Made by a program: the position numbers and the translations under genes. Below the pieces are notes generated by a model. The model searched no databases. It was not told the DNA's origin and saw only the letters and a list, made by a program, of their open reading frames with translations. Positions 29,072 to 32,000 of a DNA stretch of 32,000 nucleotides are shown piece after piece; position 1 is the stretch's first letter, and every line of letters begins with the position of its first letter. Source of the stretch: Planctopirus limnophila DSM 3776 (lineage in GTDB: Bacteria > Planctomycetota > Planctomycetia > Planctomycetales > Planctomycetaceae); assembly GCF_000092105.1 (NCBI RefSeq), contig NC_014148.1:3150001-3182000 (forward strand). The letters are read 5' to 3'.

Positions 29072-30385
29072 TTACCAGTTCCTTGCCGAAACATCGGTCG
29101 AAGTCCGATCCGAAGCGTGCGCATTCAATTCGCGGCCACTCGCTGAAACTTCAGTCACGCTTTGTGCAGGCCCAGCAGACGCCGACATCGCCACCACAGG
29201 GATTGTTCCCAAGGATGAACCAGCGATCGCAGGCCTTGGTGCCGATTCAAGAATGGCAATCATCGCGAGAATGCAAACCACAATCCCCAGGCATAATAGC
29301 GCCGCACCCCATGAATCGACCGAGCACAGCAAAAGACCAGCCAGCCCCGTCGTCAATGTCGCAAGATGCACCGTCAGTACGGCATGGACAGGTTTCAGCC
29401 CCAGCGCCACAAGTCGATGCGAAAAGTGCTTCTTGTCCGGCTGAAAAGGACTGCGCCCTTCCTTCAAACGAATACTGATTACCGACAGCAGATCGTAAAG
29501 TGGCACAGCCAGCACGCAAAGTGGTGCCAGAATCGTATGCGTCCGGCCATCTTCTACAGTGTAGAACGTCCCCAGGATCGTCATGCTCGCCAGCGAAAAG
29601 CCCAGAAAATAGCTACCGGCATCTCCCATAAAAATGCGGGCTGGTGACCAGTTGTGGCACAAAAAACCCAGCAGCGAGCCGCACAACAGCAGAAAATAGC
29701 CTCCGACCATCCAACGGGGATCATCAGCTCTCGAAAGCATCATACAGGCAAACACACCCGAAACGATGAAGCCAATCCCACCCGCCAGCCCATCCATGTT
29801 GTCCAGAAAGTTGATCGAGTTCACGAGCACCACAAACCACAACACACTGGCAATCGCCCCCAGCCAGAAACTCTCGACGAAAAAAGTCGCCCGCACTCCA
29901 CAAGCCACCACAATGGCGGAAATCAGAAATTGCAGAAAGAGCCTGGGCTGCCATGGCAAAGGACGAAAATCATCAGCCAACCCCACCAGGCCCATGGCCA
30001 ACGCTCCCAGAGTCACAGCCAATAGCTGAGGCAGACGGTACAGCACACTGCCATCAGCCGAGATCGTCTTCCCGGGAATTTTGACGGGCAACAGTTCCGG
30101 TGCAAAAAAGACAATCAGCAATGCTCCGGTCAGTGGAATCAGCACACCACACCACAGACCAATCCCGCCCCCCATGGGCTTGGGAACTAAATGAACTTTG
30201 CGAGCAGCAGGCTTATCGATCAGACCCAGCTGGGGAGCAATCCAGCGCATCGCACCGACGGCCGCGAATGAAACCCAGAATGAGGGAAGTACACAGGCAC
30301 AGACAAACAGCAACATGCGAAGGGCACTTTGCGACGTGAGAGTCACCACACCAGTGAGTCCATGCACTGGCCCGGCAATCTCCAT
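29072..30385 (-). CDS. glycosyltransferase family 4 polyprenyl-phosphate sugar-1-phosphate transferase (MraY/WecA family)
   Basis: GLIDKPAARKVH, NSINFLDNMDGLAGG and IFMGDAGSYFLGF are the family motifs, with about 10-11 TM helices. Start is uncertain: ATG at 30385 or 30316, and the ORF-track start at 30448 is TTG. The TAA stop (29074-29072) directly abuts the ATG of the downstream gene. Confidence 0.9.
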   Translation of the reverse strand: MEIAGPVHGLTGVVTLTSQSALRMLLFVCACVLPSFWVSFAAVGAMRWIAPQLGLIDKPAARKVHLVPKPMGGGIGLWCGVLIPLTGALLIVFFAPELLPVKIPGKTISADGSVLYRLPQLLAVTLGALAMGLVGLADDFRPLPWQPRLFLQFLISAIVVACGVRATFFVESFWLGAIASVLWFVVLVNSINFLDNMDGLAGGIGFIVSGVFACMMLSRADDPRWMVGGYFLLLCGSLLGFLCHNWSPARIFMGDAGSYFLGFSLASMTILGTFYTVEDGRTHTILAPLCVLAVPLYDLLSVISIRLKEGRSPFQPDKKHFSHRLVALGLKPVHAVLTVHLATLTTGLAGLLLCSVDSWGAALLCLGIVVCILAMIAILESAPRPAIAGSSLGTIPVVAMSASAGPAQSVTEVSASGRELNAHASDRTSTDVSARNW

Positions 30386-31183
30386 TGAGTGATCGACACG
30401 ATAACAGATTATTCTCCCGCATCGCGACACTCCCCCGCAAGTGTGCAACTCACAGACAGGCCCACCATGCGGTCAAAGTGGCTCCTTGAACTCCTGCCGA
30501 CCGGCCTCGATGGCGTGCCTTGAGGTTGTTCTATTCTGAGACTCATGGCCCCTTTTCGCTGTTGCAGAAAAACTCGAAAAAACGTTGGCAGAGACAGTCA
30601 TTTCTCCCCGAAAGCTTTCGCCTTTCTCGTAGTAATTCTTATAGAGACGACTGCATGAGCAGCATCGAATGCTTCCAGCAGGAACGACAAGTGAACCTGG
30701 AATCATGCATCCGCGTCAAATCAGATACTTACAGTCCATGAGGTTCTTGTTTTGCATTATGGCGGACTGCCGGTTTTCACGATGACTTCAGTCGAATGAA
30801 ACTTCTGCTGCCGGAAACTCAGGGATCACCCCTGATTTTCCATGCTCTGGAAACTGTCAGCTCCGCCTCAGGTTTCGACACAAATCCAAAGGGTTGTCAT
30901 TTTGACAGCAAGCCTGCCAAACAGGACACAGGTCATCTCACCCACTGGACAGCCCATCGACGAGACTGACGTAACAGCCATGCCACTTTTAACGAGAATT
31001 CCTGATGAGAATCGGCATAAAGATCATGGCTTTGCCGATTTCGAATTCAGGGCACATAACTTGCAACATAATTGATTGAATTGGTGTGATTCGACACTTT
31101 TGCGAACATCGCACCACCAGGCGACACTTGTCACCAGACATCCTTGAAAGTGCCAGGCATCCTCGAAAGTGAAGGGGCTGATC

Positions 31184-31606
31184 ATGAATCACGAGATTTC
31201 ATACAAAGTCGTCAAACGACTGGCCGCTGCTGAGGGATATCTGGAACTTGAACTGCCACAGGCAGCTCTTTCCGAACTCAATCGAATCGACGATGCCGGC
31301 CCTTTCAATGCCATCGAGCAGTTGCTGCGAGGCGAAGCTCTCACAGGTCTCAGCCAGTTCGACGAAGCGATTGAGCCCCTGAAGAAAGCTGCCGACCTGT
31401 TCCCTGCCCCCATGAATCGCCGGGCCTGGGCCAGTCTTTCGAAATGCTACGCCTCCACCGGCCAGGATTCGCTGGCGAATGAAGCTCTGGTCGCCAGCCA
31501 GACTGAAGATGCTTCTCAAGGCCAGCCGGGAGTGATCGTGCAGGTCGTCATGCAGCCGATCTTTACGGCCGTCCTGGGCAATCAAGTCCGGCAAATCCAG
31601 CGATAA
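31184..31606 (+). CDS. small TPR-like helical repeat protein (hypothetical)
   Basis: The ATG at 31184 is preceded by GAAGGGG. Helical repeat character shows in AAAEGYLELELPQAALSELNRI...LLRGEALTGLSQFDEAIEPLKKAADL...AWASLSKCYASTGQ. No specific family recognised. Confidence 0.6.
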   Translation: MNHEISYKVVKRLAAAEGYLELELPQAALSELNRIDDAGPFNAIEQLLRGEALTGLSQFDEAIEPLKKAADLFPAPMNRRAWASLSKCYASTGQDSLANEALVASQTEDASQGQPGVIVQVVMQPIFTAVLGNQVRQIQR

Positions 31607-31684
31607 GAGAGCTCCCTGAATCGCACATCGAGGGAACAACTTCAAAGATTCACCTCGCGAGTCAATTCCCATCACACGCATCAT

Positions 31685-31718
31685 TCAAAGCCCGGCATCA
31701 AAAAAGATGCCGGGCTTT
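31685..31718. terminator. perfect palindromic stem-loop (terminator-like) downstream of the TPR-like gene
   Basis: CAAAGCCCGGCATC - AAAAAA - GATGCCGGGCTTTG, a 14-bp perfect stem. The run of T or A lies in the loop and stem end rather than as a clean 3' U-tract. Confidence 0.5.
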
Positions 31719-32000
31719 GTGCATTCATGACCACACCTTATCGCGTCAGCACCACATTCTGAGGCTCCACCCGATTGCAGATGGGTGCCATGCTTGCAGC
31801 CTGCCTTGAGTAAATACTGGGCAAGCATGTTTTCGCAACCAACAAGTCGCTGGTAACTTCTGGGAAACGTATTAAGGCCCCACGCGATTGCAGCCACACG
31901 CGAACTCAGACCAGAATAGCGAAAACACATTCTGCGAGAGAATTCGTCTTGTCTCGTGTTCATAGCCAATCAAGAGTTGATCCACATGGCCAATAGCCCC

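Noticed and set aside
30449-31168. Three ~75-aa ORFs (30473..30706 -, 30520..30741 +, 30842..31075 +) in the 0.7 kb divergent spacer
   Set aside because: They mutually overlap or are isolated, have no motifs, and have poor start contexts. The region may hold promoters or an ncRNA, but I cannot support a call.
31685-32000. 94-aa minus ORF 31685..31969, and a competing minus-strand frame open from the right edge to a TAA at 31874-31872 (...AIGHVDQLLIGYEHETRRILSQNVFSLFWSEFACGCNRVGP*)
   Set aside because: The two frames conflict and neither has recognisable motifs. The 94-aa ORF ends inside the palindromic hairpin, and the edge-truncated frame shows only 42 codons. There is not enough evidence to report either as a feature.

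Overview
The window looks like a chromosomal, mostly housekeeping segment of a Planctomycetota-type genome. The taxonomic call rests on a DUF1559 protein with a prepilin N-terminus, DUF1573, H4MPT-cofactor genes, weak Shine-Dalgarno usage, and roughly 55-60% GC with strong GC3 bias. I support about 25 protein-coding genes. The firm calls are ppdK, ileS, map, ruvB, beta-RFAP synthase plus DUF447, two alpha/beta hydrolases and a Dabb protein. Others are a CYTH protein, DUF971, and a minus-strand envelope/redox block of a GT4 (WecA/MraY-like) transferase, an O-antigen-ligase-like TPR protein, DUF1573 and a tetraheme cytochrome fusion. I found no rRNA, tRNA, CRISPR array, transposase, integrase or recognisable defence genes. 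The most unusual signal is a roughly 0.66 kb AT-rich segment of about 220 codons. It sits in frame inside the editing-domain region of isoleucyl-tRNA synthetase and makes the protein 1392 aa. Secondary signals are a duplicated composite of three GTAG-headed hairpins (REP-like) between ileS and map, and period-7 CCAAC arrays placed 10-15 nt upstream of start codons at two or three loci. A TAA-ATG abutted glycosyltransferase/Wzy_C-TPR pair is also notable. All calls come from reading the sequence and the ORF track by eye. No database search was run, and repeat coordinates may be off by 1-2 nt.
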